Assembly (NCBI GenBank): GCA_013239625.1
Contig: MU053472.1
Location: forward strand, 372,001-436,000
Length of the DNA stretch: 64,000 bases
Reading direction: 5' to 3'
DNA from: Lama guanicoe
Lineage: Eukaryota
Shown: positions 39,496-53,300 of the stretch, piece after piece
How the letters are laid out: every line of letters starts with the position of its first letter
Numbering within the stretch: position 1 is the stretch's first letter
Position numbers and translations under genes: made by a program
The notes under the pieces: model-generated
What the model saw: the letters and a program-made list of their open reading frames with translations, nothing else
Database searches by the model: none
What the model was told of the DNA's origin: nothing

Positions 39496-40991
39496 GTGAA
39501 ACAATGATGTATGAATAATGCAGCTTCCCACATAGGCCTATCTTGAAGTTCAGGGTAGTTACAGAAAAGACGGTATTTCTATACATGTGACAATTGCATT
39601 TCTCATTATAAATAAGTTGATGATTTTATGCATGAGCTTGGTGATTGTGAATCTGCTCCTAAATATGGGGACCATTCCCTCTGTGTGGAAAATTTGGATT
39701 TCTAAGCCTGTGAAACAACCTGAGAGTTCTTCTGACAGACAGCTTGCTAGCCTTCCACAAACTCAACCTAAAGAGCAGACCTCTTTATTTGAAAATTCTA
39801 AAGCATTCTTATGTGTTTATGCCTTCATTCCATAAATATTTACTGAGCCCTACTGTAGGCGAAGGACTGTGCCAGGTACTAGGGATTCAAAGACTAATAA
39901 AATAATCTCTGCCCTCAGAGAAGCTCAGTGTCTAGTTAAGGAGACAGACGTGCATGCAGGTAAATGAAATACAAGACAATATGGGCTGTAACAGAGATGG
40001 GCTGGGTACACTGAGGGCTCCAAGAAGAGATTAGTCAATTCTAGGGAGAATTAAGGGAAAAATAAGAATGTCTGGGGAGCGACAAGTTAAGTCTTGGAGA
40101 AGAGTGGGAAGGAAATTCCAAACAGAGAGAACAAATTATTCAAAGGTCAGAAGCATGAAATATCATGGCCAGTCTGGTCTGTGCGACTGGAGTACAGAGA
40201 GCAAGGAAGGAGAGCCACTGTACATGAAGTTGCCTACGTACACAGAGGTCAGACCTTGGTGGGCTTGCCCTTTACCCTGGAGGCCATGGAGAGCTAGTGA
40301 GGCATTTTGAGTTGAAGAGTGGTGTTATCACTAATCTGGTTTTAGATCTGTCTCTCTGGCAGTGATGTGGACTGAAAAATGGCAAAATGAAAGGCCAGGA
40401 GTTTCAGCAGTCCAACTAAGGGATACTGAGGGCTCGAACAACATCATCGCAGTGGGAATGAGGAAGAATAAATGGATTTAAGGTGTTTAAGAAGTAATTA
40501 GGGGGAGAAGAGTGAGTAAGGAGAATCATCATTAAAGATCATTCTTAAATGTCCATCAAGAGAGGGACCATAGGGCAGAGATCAGACATGAAGCAGAAAA
40601 GGGCAGGTTTTGCTCTGGATATGTTGAGTTTGAGGTGTCTCTAGGACGTACAGGTGGCATTCACTAAGCAGATTCAAAGGCTAAAGGAGAGATCTAGGTC
40701 AGAGACACAGATTAGGAGGTCGGCACAAATCTGGGAATTTTGAAGCCACAGAGAGGAGGAGATTTCCTGAGTTCATTGAATGGAAAAAGAGAAAAAGAAT
40801 AGAAACTTGGATGACAACAACAGGTAAGACTCAGAGGAAGAGCCCGTAGTGAGGAAAGGGAGAGGTGAACTGAAGGGAGTGAAGGGGCAGCCAGGATGCG
40901 GAGTGGGGAGGTCGTCAGCAGAGCATTATTAAGACCCTTTAGGCCCTGAAAATATTACGGTGCTTCCCATGTAATTTAAAATAAAAATGTT

Positions 40992-41440
40992 GGGGGTGGA
41001 CGGCTTTGGGGTGAGCTGATACCCTTGAACTCCCCCTGGTTGTACTTCCCACAGTTCATTCCATTTTACTGAGCTCCTGCCCCCAACATCAAGTCACCAG
41101 ATGGGTTCATTCCCCAGTGAGAGGGTCAGCATCTCTCCACCACCTACCTGTCCCAGATAGTTTGTAACGGCCTTTATTTTCCCTCCCACTTTTTCATCCT
41201 CCAACAGTTAAGTCAGGGAAGCTCTCACAGGAAGAGGGATTTTAGTGCTGGGGTGGGAATGACAACTGCCTAGATTTTAGGTGCAAAAGAAAAGACCCAG
41301 TCAGATTTTAAGTGGTTAAGTTCTTGGCTCAGGGCAAGGCCCCAGTGTCGAGCTCTAGTGAATAAAGAGCGTTTCTGGTTGTCTTTGGGAAAATAAACAA
41401 ACAAACAAACAAATAAACAAATAAATAAATAAATAATGTT
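40992..41440 (+). pseudogene. Retroposed 3'UTR-like fragment (parent gene not identified)
   Basis: AATAAA at 41361, an A-rich tail from about 41390, and a degenerate TSD AAATAAA(A/T)ATGTT. Confidence 0.6.
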
Positions 41441-42044
41441 AAAATATTATAAGCTATAAAATATGTGCAAGGGTGGTCCAACAAAGTTCTGACTTCTCTA
41501 TGGTGACCTCTTTGATTGTATCCTCTTCATGACCGTTATTTTGGTGCCCCTGGTTTGCTACTGCCCTAAGTACATGTTTATTCACCTACTCAGTAATCTT
41601 ACAACATAGCACTGAGAGTACAGCAAGGAAGATGGATTAGTCAACTACAGAGAAGTCAAAGGCAAAGGTTAAAGAGTGCTCATTGGAAAAAAAGAAGTGC
41701 CAATTATACCAGCATATGGATAGACTTACGTATTAGTGGAAGAGGATAAAAAGTGCAGAAGCAAACCAAAATACATCTAGGAATTAGTATATGATAAAGG
41801 TGCACTACCCAATAAATGGTGTGGACCATTGGATGACTGTCTGGGGAAAAAAATAAATGTCAGTGTACATGTTACACCAGGATAAACTCCAGATGGATTA
41901 AATATTTAAATAAAAATGGAAAACTGTGAAAGTACTAAAAGAAAATATGAGACAATTCCTTCATAATCTTGGCATGGGGAAGGAAAATCTTTCTCACTTT
42001 GGCTCAAAACACAGAAGGCATAAAACAGAGAGGCTAATAATTTG

Positions 42045-42066
42045 ACCGTGTGTATATATATGTGCG

Positions 42067-42102
<36 letters not shown>

Positions 42103-42565
42103 GCGGATTACTACTCAGCCATAAAAAGGAATGAAATAATGCCATTTGCAGTAACGTGGCTGGACCTAACAATTACCATACTAACTGAAGTAAGTCAGAC
42201 AGAAGGACAAATACGTAATATCACTTTTATGTGGAATCTAAAAAAATGACACAAATCAACTTATTTACGAGACAGAAATAGACATAGAGAACGAACTTAC
42301 AGTTACCACAGGGGAAAGGGCAGGTGAGGGACAAATTAGGAGTTTGGGATTAGCAGAGACACACTACTGTATATAAATGGATAAATAACAAGGTCCTACT
42401 GTATAATGTGGGGAGCTATATTCAATACCTTGTAATAGCCTATGATGAAAAGGAATCTGAAAAGGAATATATGTATGTTCATGTATGGACTGAAGCATTG
42501 TGCTGCACACCAGAAACTGACACAACATTGTAAACTGACTATTTCAGTTAAAAAAAAGAAAGAAG
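42045..42565 (+). mobile_element. LINE-1 3' end, same family as the 29.9-31.7 kb copy
   Basis: TACTACTCAGCCATAAAA...ATGCCATTTGCA...GGACCT...TGTGGAATCTAAAAA...A tail. Confidence 0.88.
42047..42102. repeat. Compound (TA)n(GC)n(CA)n microsatellite
   Basis: cgtgtgtatatatatgtgcgcgcgcgcgcacacaca...ca read directly. Confidence 0.95.
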
Positions 42566-45500
42566 ATGGGAAAAAATGGGACTCATACCACAAAGAGTAA
42601 TCCTCCTAACATAAAGAAATAGATGAGAAAGAGATCAAGCACTCGAGAAATCTCAATGAAAGATATAAATTGACAGGGCTCATGTGTCATAGAGCATAGA
42701 GATTTTGAGGTCAGTGACTTATACTGGAATCCTAGCTGGGCTCACTTGCTAGCTCTGTGACCTTAGGCAAGTCTCTGGTCCTCAGTTTTCTCTTCTATAA
42801 GATGTAGATAATAATTGTAGCTACTTCAGATGGGCCCAGCTAGTGACTCATGGTAAAAGAAGGAAGGACACAGAGAAGATGGGTTCTAAATTTCTGGTAT
42901 CTGGGATCCTTCAAGTAAAGAGAGTCAGGGAAGAGAACCAATTCAATTCCCATCTGTCTCGTCTTTCATTGAGGGCAGTTATTTACTAAGTCCCTATATG
43001 TGTCAGACACAGCCCCAGACCTAGGAATGCAATGTAGATGTAAGCAAGACAGACCTGGTCCCTGTCCTCAATGTAGCTCACTTCTGTCGGAGAGACCGAC
43101 ATCAGTCAAATGCCACAGAAACACATCATTACAAACAGATGAACACCATGAAGGAAATGTACACTATAAAAGGTATAATAGGGGAATCTGGTGGAATTTG
43201 GGAGGTCGGTGGGGGAGGTCTATTAAGGAGGTACTATCAAGCCACTCTCTGAAAGAGGAGCAGGTATTAAACAGGCAAACAGTGAAGGAAAGGGAAGGTA
43301 GGATGAGGAAGTGGAAACAGCATTCCAGGCAGAGGGAATATCATAGACCCTGAGGCAAGGAAGAGGGAAGCTAGTTCACTGTGGCCGAAGCTGGAGTAAT
43401 GGGAAGAGAGAGGGGAGGTGAGCCTGGAGAGGGAGGCAGGCTAGGCTATCGAGGGCCCCAGCAGTTGTCTTAAATTTAATTTTTAACTTGCAATTTAGTT
43501 GATTTACATTGGCAGTCATCTTAAGGATTTGGGGTTTTATCCTGATGGCAGTGGGAAGTCACTGAATGGTTTTTGGCAGAAGAGGAGCAAGCTCATACTC
43601 GCATTTTGGAAAGCTCACTCTGGCTGCAATGGGGGGAACTGTGTGCAGATTGAAGAGAGGCAGGAGTGTGGCCGTGGGGAGATGGATTCGGGGCTGGGGT
43701 GGTGCAGACCACTGATAGGCTCCCTAACCTACCCGTTTCCAGACACAACCTTAGCAGAAGACAGAGCTTTTATTCTTACACAGTAGATGTGCATTATGGT
43801 TAGCTATCATCATTATCTACAGTTAGAGATGAAAAGCTTAAAATTAATCCACCAGGAAGAATGAGCATGTTGGAATGTAAAGATTTCATGAAAAGTATAG
43901 ATGTGGGGATTGGGTTATTTCCTTTTAGACAGGAAGGCAGGCACTAAAAGGGTAAACAGTGATACCACAGCAGAGAGAAGAGGAAGCCACGCAGAATTCT
44001 CTAGTGTGATGCTGCTCCAGCACATGGGCTGTCTACTCTGCCAAAGTTCATCTTCCCTGTGCTTAGACGAATAAAAATGTTACACAAAGGTACTTTATGG
44101 CTTACTCTGGAGAGCTCAGTGCTTTTTAGTGGAAAATAGGCCCAGGAGTTTAGATATTGCTACAGGTTGCAATTCTTTTTGACACTATAAGGTTGTTATA
44201 AATGCCTAGGAAAGCAGTATCTAAATCTGTCATCCTGAAATTGAACCTGAGCATTACTTAGCTGGTTTAATTTCACAATAAGACAATGACAGATAACTAG
44301 TAGTTTTTTTGAGAGCTGCTCTTTTCTCTTCCTGCCATAAAGAATCGAATAGGGTTGGAACATGCTGACGATCCAGCCAACTTATTCTGTCACGTCTGTG
44401 TTGGCAAAGCAGAGTCCTTCAAGGTGGGAGTCCTTGAAGTCCTTCTAAGAAATATGTTCAGTTTTGTGGGACTTTTAGACTTAAGTGCCAATTGCTTTTT
44501 ATTTTTTTATTTATTTTTTATTTTTTTACATTTTTATTGATTCATAATCATTTTACAGTACTGGGAGCCAAATGGGACTCTCAGAGCTTCAGAGCCTGAC
44601 AGTTGTTTATTTATGAATAAATCTGCACTGAGGAATATATATTATGTTAGAAATACACTTTTGATTGTAACATGTTTCACAGACAAAGGATTAGGATCCA
44701 GGAATATAGCCAGGAAAACAGGACTTCTACAACTCAATAAAAAAAAAAAAAAGACTAACAACCCAATAGGAAAAAAGGGAGAGGTTATAAGCAAGCAAGA
44801 GAAAACCTGAAGGCAAATAAATACATGGAAAGATGTTCAACCTCACGAAAACAGGAAGATGCACATACGTACGACAATGACACACTACTTCATAACCATC
44901 AGATTGGCAAAAAATTTAAAGTCTGAGATTTCCATGTTAGGCAGGAAGTGGAACTATAGAGACCCTCTTTACTGCTGGTGAGAATGTATTTGCTGCAACC
45001 ACTCTGGAGGACTGTATGCAATCTAGCAAAGTTGAAGATGTATGTAGCCTCCAATCCATGAATTCTACTCCTTGGCATATGTCCTAGACATAGACATGTC
45101 CAAGGAAGTTCACTGCAGAAGAAATAAATTAAACTGCTGAAATTATCATGTGTATAGTTTATAAGTCTTTAAATTCAACGTCTCTTCTGTTGGATGTTTG
45201 ATTTTTCTAGAGGGCTGTAAAGACTTTACCGTATATCCTGCGCTTTTATTATTCTTTTCCAGTACACTAGGGAGCAGTAGTGACCTGAGTGCATCCTTGG
45301 CAAATTTTGTGGGTATCCTCTTATTCTGTGGAGACCATGATACCATACCCCTAAACATACTCTTCTCCATTCTAGTTTCAGTTTTAGAAAACAGAACTTA
45401 AAGTAGGACAAAATTCGGCTTTTGTGAATTTTTTTTCCTTTGAGGCAGTAATACAGGCCTCATGTTTGTTTATTTTGTATTTCATTATTTATACACACTT

Positions 45501-45924
45501 TTTCCGGAGGATGAAGTTAGCAACTTTAGCCACTGGATGGCGCAAATACGTTAGAGTCTGGTGGAAGCTTGTGTTGTAGAGCCCAAGGTGCATCAAGTAA
45601 AGGAGGGTCAGCCTGGGAAAAGGCTTCTGGGGCTTGAAATTTATGTACTATAGACATGGATCCAAGTTCCCTAGGAATGCAGATTAAGAGAAATTTTTAG
45701 TGTTGGATGACTGGCAAGTCAGATCACTGAATAAGGGAAAGAAAAAGAAGGAAAGGAAAAAGAAAAGTGGAATAAGGAGCAGGAAGAGAAAGATGAAGAG
45801 ATAAAGAAATATGAGAGGAAAGAATGTAAGTCTAGAGAGATGAATTCAAGTGTTACTAACGATTACAGGATGGGCCCTCATTGGCTTGCACCCACATGGT
45901 CACCAATAGCAGTTTTGTTTTGTT

Positions 45925-45954
<30 letters not shown>

Positions 45955-45956
<2 letters not shown>

Positions 45957-46240
45957 TTATTTTAATTGAAGTGTAGTCAGTTTACAATGTGTCAGTTTGT
46001 GGTGTACAGCATAATGCTTCAGTCATACATGAACATACATATATTCGTTTTCATATTCTTTTTCACCATAAGTTACTACAAGATATTGAATATAGTTCCC
46101 TGTGCTATACAGCGTGAACTTGTTGCTTACCTATTAAATACATATTAGTTAGTATCTGCAAATCTTGAACTCCAAGTTTATGCCTTCCCATTCCCTTCCC
46201 ACCTGGTAACCATAAGTTTGTTTTCTATGCCTGTGAGTCG
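45955..46240 (-). mobile_element. LINE-1 3' end preceded by (TA)n
   Basis: Reverse complement of the same L1 3'UTR. Confidence 0.85.
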
Positions 46241-46298
46241 AGGATGTACTTAAATAATCGGAAAAACAGGGTCCCATGGTAGGGTGGGTATAGTTGGC

Positions 46299-46405
46299 AG
46301 GGGGTGGGTATACCTCAGTGGTAGAACGCATGCTTAGCATGCACAAGGTCCTGGGTTCAATCCCCAGTACCTCCATAAAAAAATTTTAAAAAAGAAAGAA
46401 AAACA
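46299..46405 (+). mobile_element. tRNA-derived camelid-type SINE
   Basis: GGGGGTGGGTATACCTCAGTGGTAGAACGCATGCTTAGCATGCACAAGGTCCTGGGTTCAATCCCCAGTACCTCC plus A tail. Confidence 0.87.
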
Positions 46406-48926
46406 ATATGTGGTAACTTAATGGGAAAGAATTGCAATAAAAACCTTGCTGACTAGTCACTTCCCAGAGGACTAATTGGCTCCCCACAGAAACAGTTTTA
46501 TCAAGCTGACTCTATAACTTTGTCTCTAGAGGTGACAGGGAGAATTGTGCCCTGCTGTAAAGTGATCTATAGAATAAAGTTCACATCCCAAGGTCCGCGT
46601 GGGAGTTCTCCCTTCCCTTCTGCTCTCTCTCTCTCCTATCCGTTAGTTTTCAGAGATCTCCACTGGTGAGACAATAGGGAATTCAAAATTGTTAACTGAT
46701 CAGGGAGTCGGAAAAATCCTCAGAAGGACCTTGCTTTGTCTGGGGAAACAAGTCCCAGAAGCCAAGTAAACTGTTCAGTGAACCTCTATAGAGAAAGTCA
46801 CTGTAAATATTACCTGAATTATATTCTTGCAGAAGCCCTCATGAGTGTAGACTTTGCCCCAGATTTTATCTACTGTTTGTAGATTTTCTGTGGTGGTAAG
46901 GACATTCTGCAGTGCATAAGCCATGCCCCTGTGAGAAAAGGCATTGTAATCGTTTGGCTCTGGAATCCTCGTTCAGGAAGGATGCAGCTCACCATTACCG
47001 CAGGGTGCAGCATCAGGCCTACTTTAGGAATTCTGGATTTTCAGGAGCCCTTGTCTGGGTCCTGTGTGCTGGTGGTCCCAAAGCCCTTTGGGGATGAGTC
47101 ATGAGGAGGACTTTCAGAATGCTTGGGGTCACGTTCCCTTCACCAGCGTGTAGATGGCTGCGTATGGTGACAGAGGCTGTCGTAAAACCCTGTGAATGTC
47201 AGCCTGGGAAAACAGGTGCCCCACCCTCAGTCAGCTGAGAGCCAGTGCGCGGTGAGGACAACAGGGGAGTTGGTGAATGTGCCACACAAGGGGCTGTTTT
47301 GCTCAGTTCCTTCGCGGCTGTGTTTAAACCTTTTGTCAAAGAAAGCAACAGGTCCATTCATCGTGCTTAGAGGGAAGACGTTCTGTTCTCATTTGATGGG
47401 ATGGAAAAGTATCTGGGTTTTTTTTGTGGGAGTACCAAGTGAATTTCAGAGGCTTGTGGCTAAGTCAGTAGCAGTGGCATGAGGGTAACTGACTGTAAGC
47501 CCAGGCTCCCCCTTCGTCGGCCTGGCATCACTGTCTGATTGTAATGTCCCTGCTGAAGATACAAGTGAAAAATTGGCAAAAATCTGCAGATTGATAAATA
47601 GTAGGGAGAAGACAGTGTAGTGTCCTTCGTTCAGTGTGTGAGGCAGAGCAGAGCTTTTCAGAAGTATGTCTGGTCTGCAGCTTTCTGGGGGCTTGATGAG
47701 TTGGGAGCATCTTGTCCAACCTAGAGACTGAAAGGAAATATGAAAGGTAAAGAAGGATGCAAATGGGTTATTTCTTTATGTCCCAATAATGATAGCTTAG
47801 TGGAGAACCCCATATAATTCCAAATAAACATCATTTCACTTCTTTGTTACCCATTAATTCTAGGAAAAGTTATTGTGCTTAGGCTGAAAAGGTATCAGCA
47901 TGGTGCACTCATATATGAGAACCTACAGCATGTTAGAACCTATAAACTCTGAGCACAGCCCACCCACCCCTTACTTAACCTATTTGCCATGAATGGAAAG
48001 GGCCATGGGTGTGCAGCTACTGTGGACCCCAGATGCACAGGGTGCTACTTCATCCCTGGAACTGGGCCCAAACAATCTCGCTCTGTTCAAAAAGGAGCAG
48101 AGATCTGGGTCCATGGGGACCAAATATTTTTTTACTAATCCCTTCCCGCTCTCATGACCCCTGACTCCATGCCCCATCTGATTTTGTACGTGCTTTCTAA
48201 AAGCTTAACTCTTATGAACATAGACTGTAAGCCCCTTGAAGGCAGGGAACTTGGCACATAGAAGGCTTCCAGTAAAATTTTGTGGAATAGATGAATAAGC
48301 CAATAAATCCAGTTAAGGAATTAAAAAACCCTAGATTTTAGTTCTGTTTCTACTAGCTGTGTGCTCATAGGATTGTCACATAACCTCTCTGAGCCTCAGT
48401 TTAAGTATCAATAAAATGTAGATACCTGCCCTAGCTACCTCCCAGGGTTTTTGTGAGGCATCAACTAGAGTAATGCTTAATTTTTATTCATTTCTTTATC
48501 ATTCAGTAGCTTATTTTGTTCATGGGAGAAACTCAATCAGAGTGGCTGCTACGTGGTTACTTCTAATTCTGAACTAGACTTTTCAATCCCCCTTCAGGCC
48601 TATTTCTTTCAATGTTCAGTAGAGATGTTAATGTAGATTGACACAAAGAACTAAAACTATACCAGATTAGAGAATCATACTAATTTACATGGGGTCATCA
48701 TCTATTATTAGCAGAAACAGGATTATGGAAAATAACCTAGACCAGAGATGACAAATAAGTTGGCACTGGGTAACTGGAGCACTGGGATAGGAAAGATTCT
48801 GTTATCATGCTTGGGTAGAAAGGATGCCCTGCTTAATTTTTTTTTAAATTGAGATATAATTTTCATGTAACATTGTGTAAGTTTAAGGTGTACAATGTGT
48901 TAATACACTTAAAATTTGCAATATGT

Positions 48927-49066
48927 GGGGGAGGGTATAACTCAGTGGTAGAGTGGGTGCTTAGCATGCACAAGGTCCTAGGTGCAGCCCTCAGGACCTC
49001 CATTAAATAAACAAACAAACAAACCTGATCACCCCCCCAAAAAAAACTATTAAAAAAACCCACAAT
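48927..49066 (+). mobile_element. tRNA-derived camelid-type SINE inserted into an older minus-strand L1 3' end (about 48840-49260)
   Basis: SINE core; TSD-like TTGCAATATG on both sides. Confidence 0.82.
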
Positions 49067-49684
49067 AAATTGCAATATGATTACTACAGTAGCTTTAGCT
49101 AACACCCCTATCACATCACATAAATATCATTTCTTTTTTTGTGATGAGAATGTATAAGATCTAGTCTCTTAGCAATTTTGAAATCTATGCTACAGTATTA
49201 TTGACTGTAATCACTGTGCTGTGCATTAGATCTCCAGAACGTATTCATCTTCTAGTTGCCCTTTGCTTGATTATTGTATGTGTGGTTGACATGGAACTAA
49301 AGAGGGGCAGCGTGTGTCCCATCCTGGACTAGGTAATCTCAGACCATTCTCAGGGCTGTCATTCTACACAAGTGGCCAGCTTCTCTTATTTAGAAAAACC
49401 GGAGACCTTGTCTCTTTGCCTCGGTAGATTTGGAAGATGTAGAGAAGGCACCCATCAATCTCTAGTATTCAAAGGCTGCGTCCATTCCTGGTGGGAAAAC
49501 TGGATTTAAAGCAGCCATGCTGAGCCAGTGGTGTAGTGTCTGACTTAGACAGCAAAGGGCAATATGAATTTATAATCCTGTCAGGAAACTCCAGGGCAGG
49601 GAAGAAAGAAGTTCCTTTGCCAAATATTCAGACTGTTCAAGTGTGGTGGTTCCTGAGCTGTGTTGTCTGTAAGAGTTATCCAAG

Positions 49685-49855
49685 GGCAGGGATGGGGACA
49701 TAGATTGTGGGCTCTGAAGCTCTTACAATTTCAGGGACCTTTAAAAAATAAAAGGATACAAATTTAAAAAATTACAAAATTGGATACAAGACCTTCTACA
49801 GGTCCCATGGATCCTGAGCTTAAGCTTTATGAATTTTACAGTAAATCCACCTCTA
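49685..49855 (+). mobile_element. MER53-like MITE within a MER5-like element
   Basis: TGTGGGCTCTGAAGCTCTTACAATTTCAGGGACC...AAGCTTTATGAATTTTACAGTAAATCCACCTCT. Confidence 0.55.
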
Positions 49856-50114
49856 CTTAGAGAGCTTGTTAAAAATCTTCAAAAGAAAATTCCCGGCCCC
49901 ACTCTGGCCATTCTGATTCATTATATCTGAGGTCCAGAAATAGGTATTTTCAGTAAATACTCTACTGTGTGATGACTGGGCTGATGGTAAGAAAACTGTA
50001 GTACAAATACCTGCCTATTTCATGACACATAAAATAACTACCTGTATTTGTTTCATAACTGAAGCAGCTCCCTGTCTCCTAGGACTTACATATCAACCCG
50101 ATTTTCTTCCCCTA

Positions 50115-50354
<240 letters not shown>

Positions 50355-50684
50355 TCATCTCTTCTAAAGAGCAAGCAAATACTCAGTCCTCTTCGCTCTG
50401 TCCTCCCTAGAGGATGTCCAAGTCCAGCAGAGGAGAAGAACTCGCATTTAGTAGGCAGCTCCTATGTCCTGGGGCCTTCCCCACAGAATCGCAACCTTCA
50501 TTACCACTGTGAGAGGTAAATGTCATTAGTCCCATTTTAAAGATGAGTCTGCTGAGGTTGGAGAAGGCAAACAACTTTCCCAAAGCCACTCAGTTAGGGA
50601 GTGTTGCTGGCAGGTGTGTCCAAACTCAAAGTCTGTGCTTTTCTCATTATGCCAACCTGACTCTGAAACAGAAAGAGGTCTTTA

Positions 50685-50924
<240 letters not shown>

Positions 50925-51826
50925 TCACAAGACTGATAGGGGCCCAGCCTGCTTCAGAGGCAGAGCCTGAATTTCCAGTTCAGACCCAGAGTCCGGAGTT
51001 GGGTAGGCATCACCAGCTCTGCTCTAACCTCCTTTGCAGTCTCTTCCCATTGAATCACCTTCACTGGGATTTGGGATTTTTCCGTGATCAAGTAGGACCA
51101 ATTCTTGCACTGCTTTCAGGACAAGGAAAGGTGTAGGTACCCAGGGGAGTTTGTCGCCAGCAGCCCTCTCAGGGTCTCTACCCCTGTGCTCTGACATACA
51201 TACTGTGTAGGATTAGAAAATCACCCTTCCTATGTTCCTCTGGGCTTTAGTGGGGCATAGGAGGAACAGCGGTGAACTGGCATTGCTTTTGGGCCATAAG
51301 CCAGATTTGGGGACAAATGGCTCACATGCATCTTATTATTACCAATTTCATATTTACTTTCGTTTTGGAACTGGGATGTAACCCAAGCTGAAATCTTACA
51401 GAATTTGCATCCTGGCCATTTTAGGGAGGGCTGTTTGTAAAAACAGTGCAGATGAAAACATGCTCTTGGTGGTTGTCATCACTGTAGCAACTGCTTGGAG
51501 TTTAAGTGTCGTCTGTCTATTCACGCAATGGCTGGAATTACCCACCACACCAATACAATGTACGCTGTCCCCAAATCTGATTACAAGGTTAGCTCACTTG
51601 TGTGGAGGTGAAAGATTATTAATGGTGTCAAACTACAAACATTTCTGGGACTTTCTTTATAGAGCAGCTGATTCTTTCCATTAGATATGGAGTGATTTTT
51701 AAATGCAAACTGTAACTTCTCAACGCCCAGGGAAATTCTAGGAGACCCAGCCTAATGCTGGGGCTAAAAATGTTTCTTTTTCTCTTTGTTCTTGTCTCAC
51801 CCCTACTCACCCTGTACCTTGTTTTA

Positions 51827-52018
<192 letters not shown>

Positions 52019-53157
52019 CTACCTCTGATTTTACTTGGGAAAACCCCAGCTCTACTCAGCTGATTTTAAACTTCTAATCATGTTCCCATCGATCTGTCAG
52101 TAGATTTAAGGTGTGGGCCTTAATAATGCCAAAGAATAAATGAGGATAGAGATACTAATAAGAGATATGGATTAAATCCGCATGGGGCCTTTGACTAATG
52201 TAGAATCAGAGTGAAGGAGTAGAATGTAACTTGTTTGCCTGCCACTGCTCTGACACACACACTGTAATAATAATAAGGATGGAGGGTATAACACTGTTGA
52301 AAATTTCCTTCTTTAAAAAAGATGGCTCCAAAGTCCAGGGGAGAACGTGAAGTAGCATACTTGACCTTAATGACGGCTGCTGGTCTGTCTAGTGAAGTCC
52401 CAGTCATGTCTAAGGCAATGAATTTGACAGAGGATTGGGGGGAGGGTGCTGGAGGGAGAGACCACCCAGCTTCATACACCTCTCAATTTCATTCCTTCAG
52501 CAGATATTTTTAAATGAATAGCTAGTATGTGCCAGGGACTGCTCCGGTACTCGGGACGTATCAGTTGGATACTTTCTAGCATGGGAACAAAGGGGAAGGA
52601 GGGTTGGGAGGAGGGCAGTGGGAAGCAGACAAGAGTAAGTGCAGTAAGTTTTATAGTATGTTAGAGGAGAAAGCGCTATGAAAATAAAAGTAGAGCAAGG
52701 GAAGGGAAGAGTCTGAGGGGCGTGGGTGGGTAGAGGCTGGTCTCCTGGAGAAGATGAGAATTGAGCCAAGACTTGAAGGAGGTGAGGAGATTAGCCAGGC
52801 AGATGCCTGGGGGAGTAGTGGCCTAGGCAGAAGAGTGTGTCTGGCGTGGTTTAGTTTTAGAGGAAGGGCAAGGAGGCAGGTGAGACCGGAGGGGAGTGAG
52901 CAAGGGGACAGTCGTAGGAGACGAGGCCGTTTCTAAAGGAAATGGGCCCATGGCACTTTAGGCCTTGTAGGCCAGTTTGAGGACTTTGGTTTTCATTCTG
53001 TCAGAAATGGGGAGCCATTGCAAGTTTTTGAGCAGAGAAGTGATGGAATGGCTTTGTTTTTAAAGGATCAGTGGGCTGCTGAGTTGGAAATAGACTCTGG
53101 GGGGCCTGGGTAGAAGCAGAGTAACCTGTTAGGAGGCTACTGGAGTCATCCAGCTCA

Positions 53158-53300
53158 GGGGGGAGGGGATAGCTCAGCGGTAGAGTGCATGCATGACGTC
53201 CTGGGTTCAGTCCCCAGTACCTCCATTAAAATAAATAAATAAATAAACCTAATTACCTCTCCCCCCAAAAAATGAACAAACAAATATATAAAACTTTAAA
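53158..53300 (+). mobile_element. tRNA-derived camelid-type SINE
   Basis: GGGGGGAGGGGATAGCTCAGCGGTAGAG...GGGTTCAGTCCCCAGTACCTCC...AAACCTAATTACCTC. Confidence 0.85.

Noticed and set aside
45146..45411. Three overlapping 61-74 aa ORFs in unique sequence
   Set aside because: No recognisable homology or convincing splice structure; length within chance expectation.
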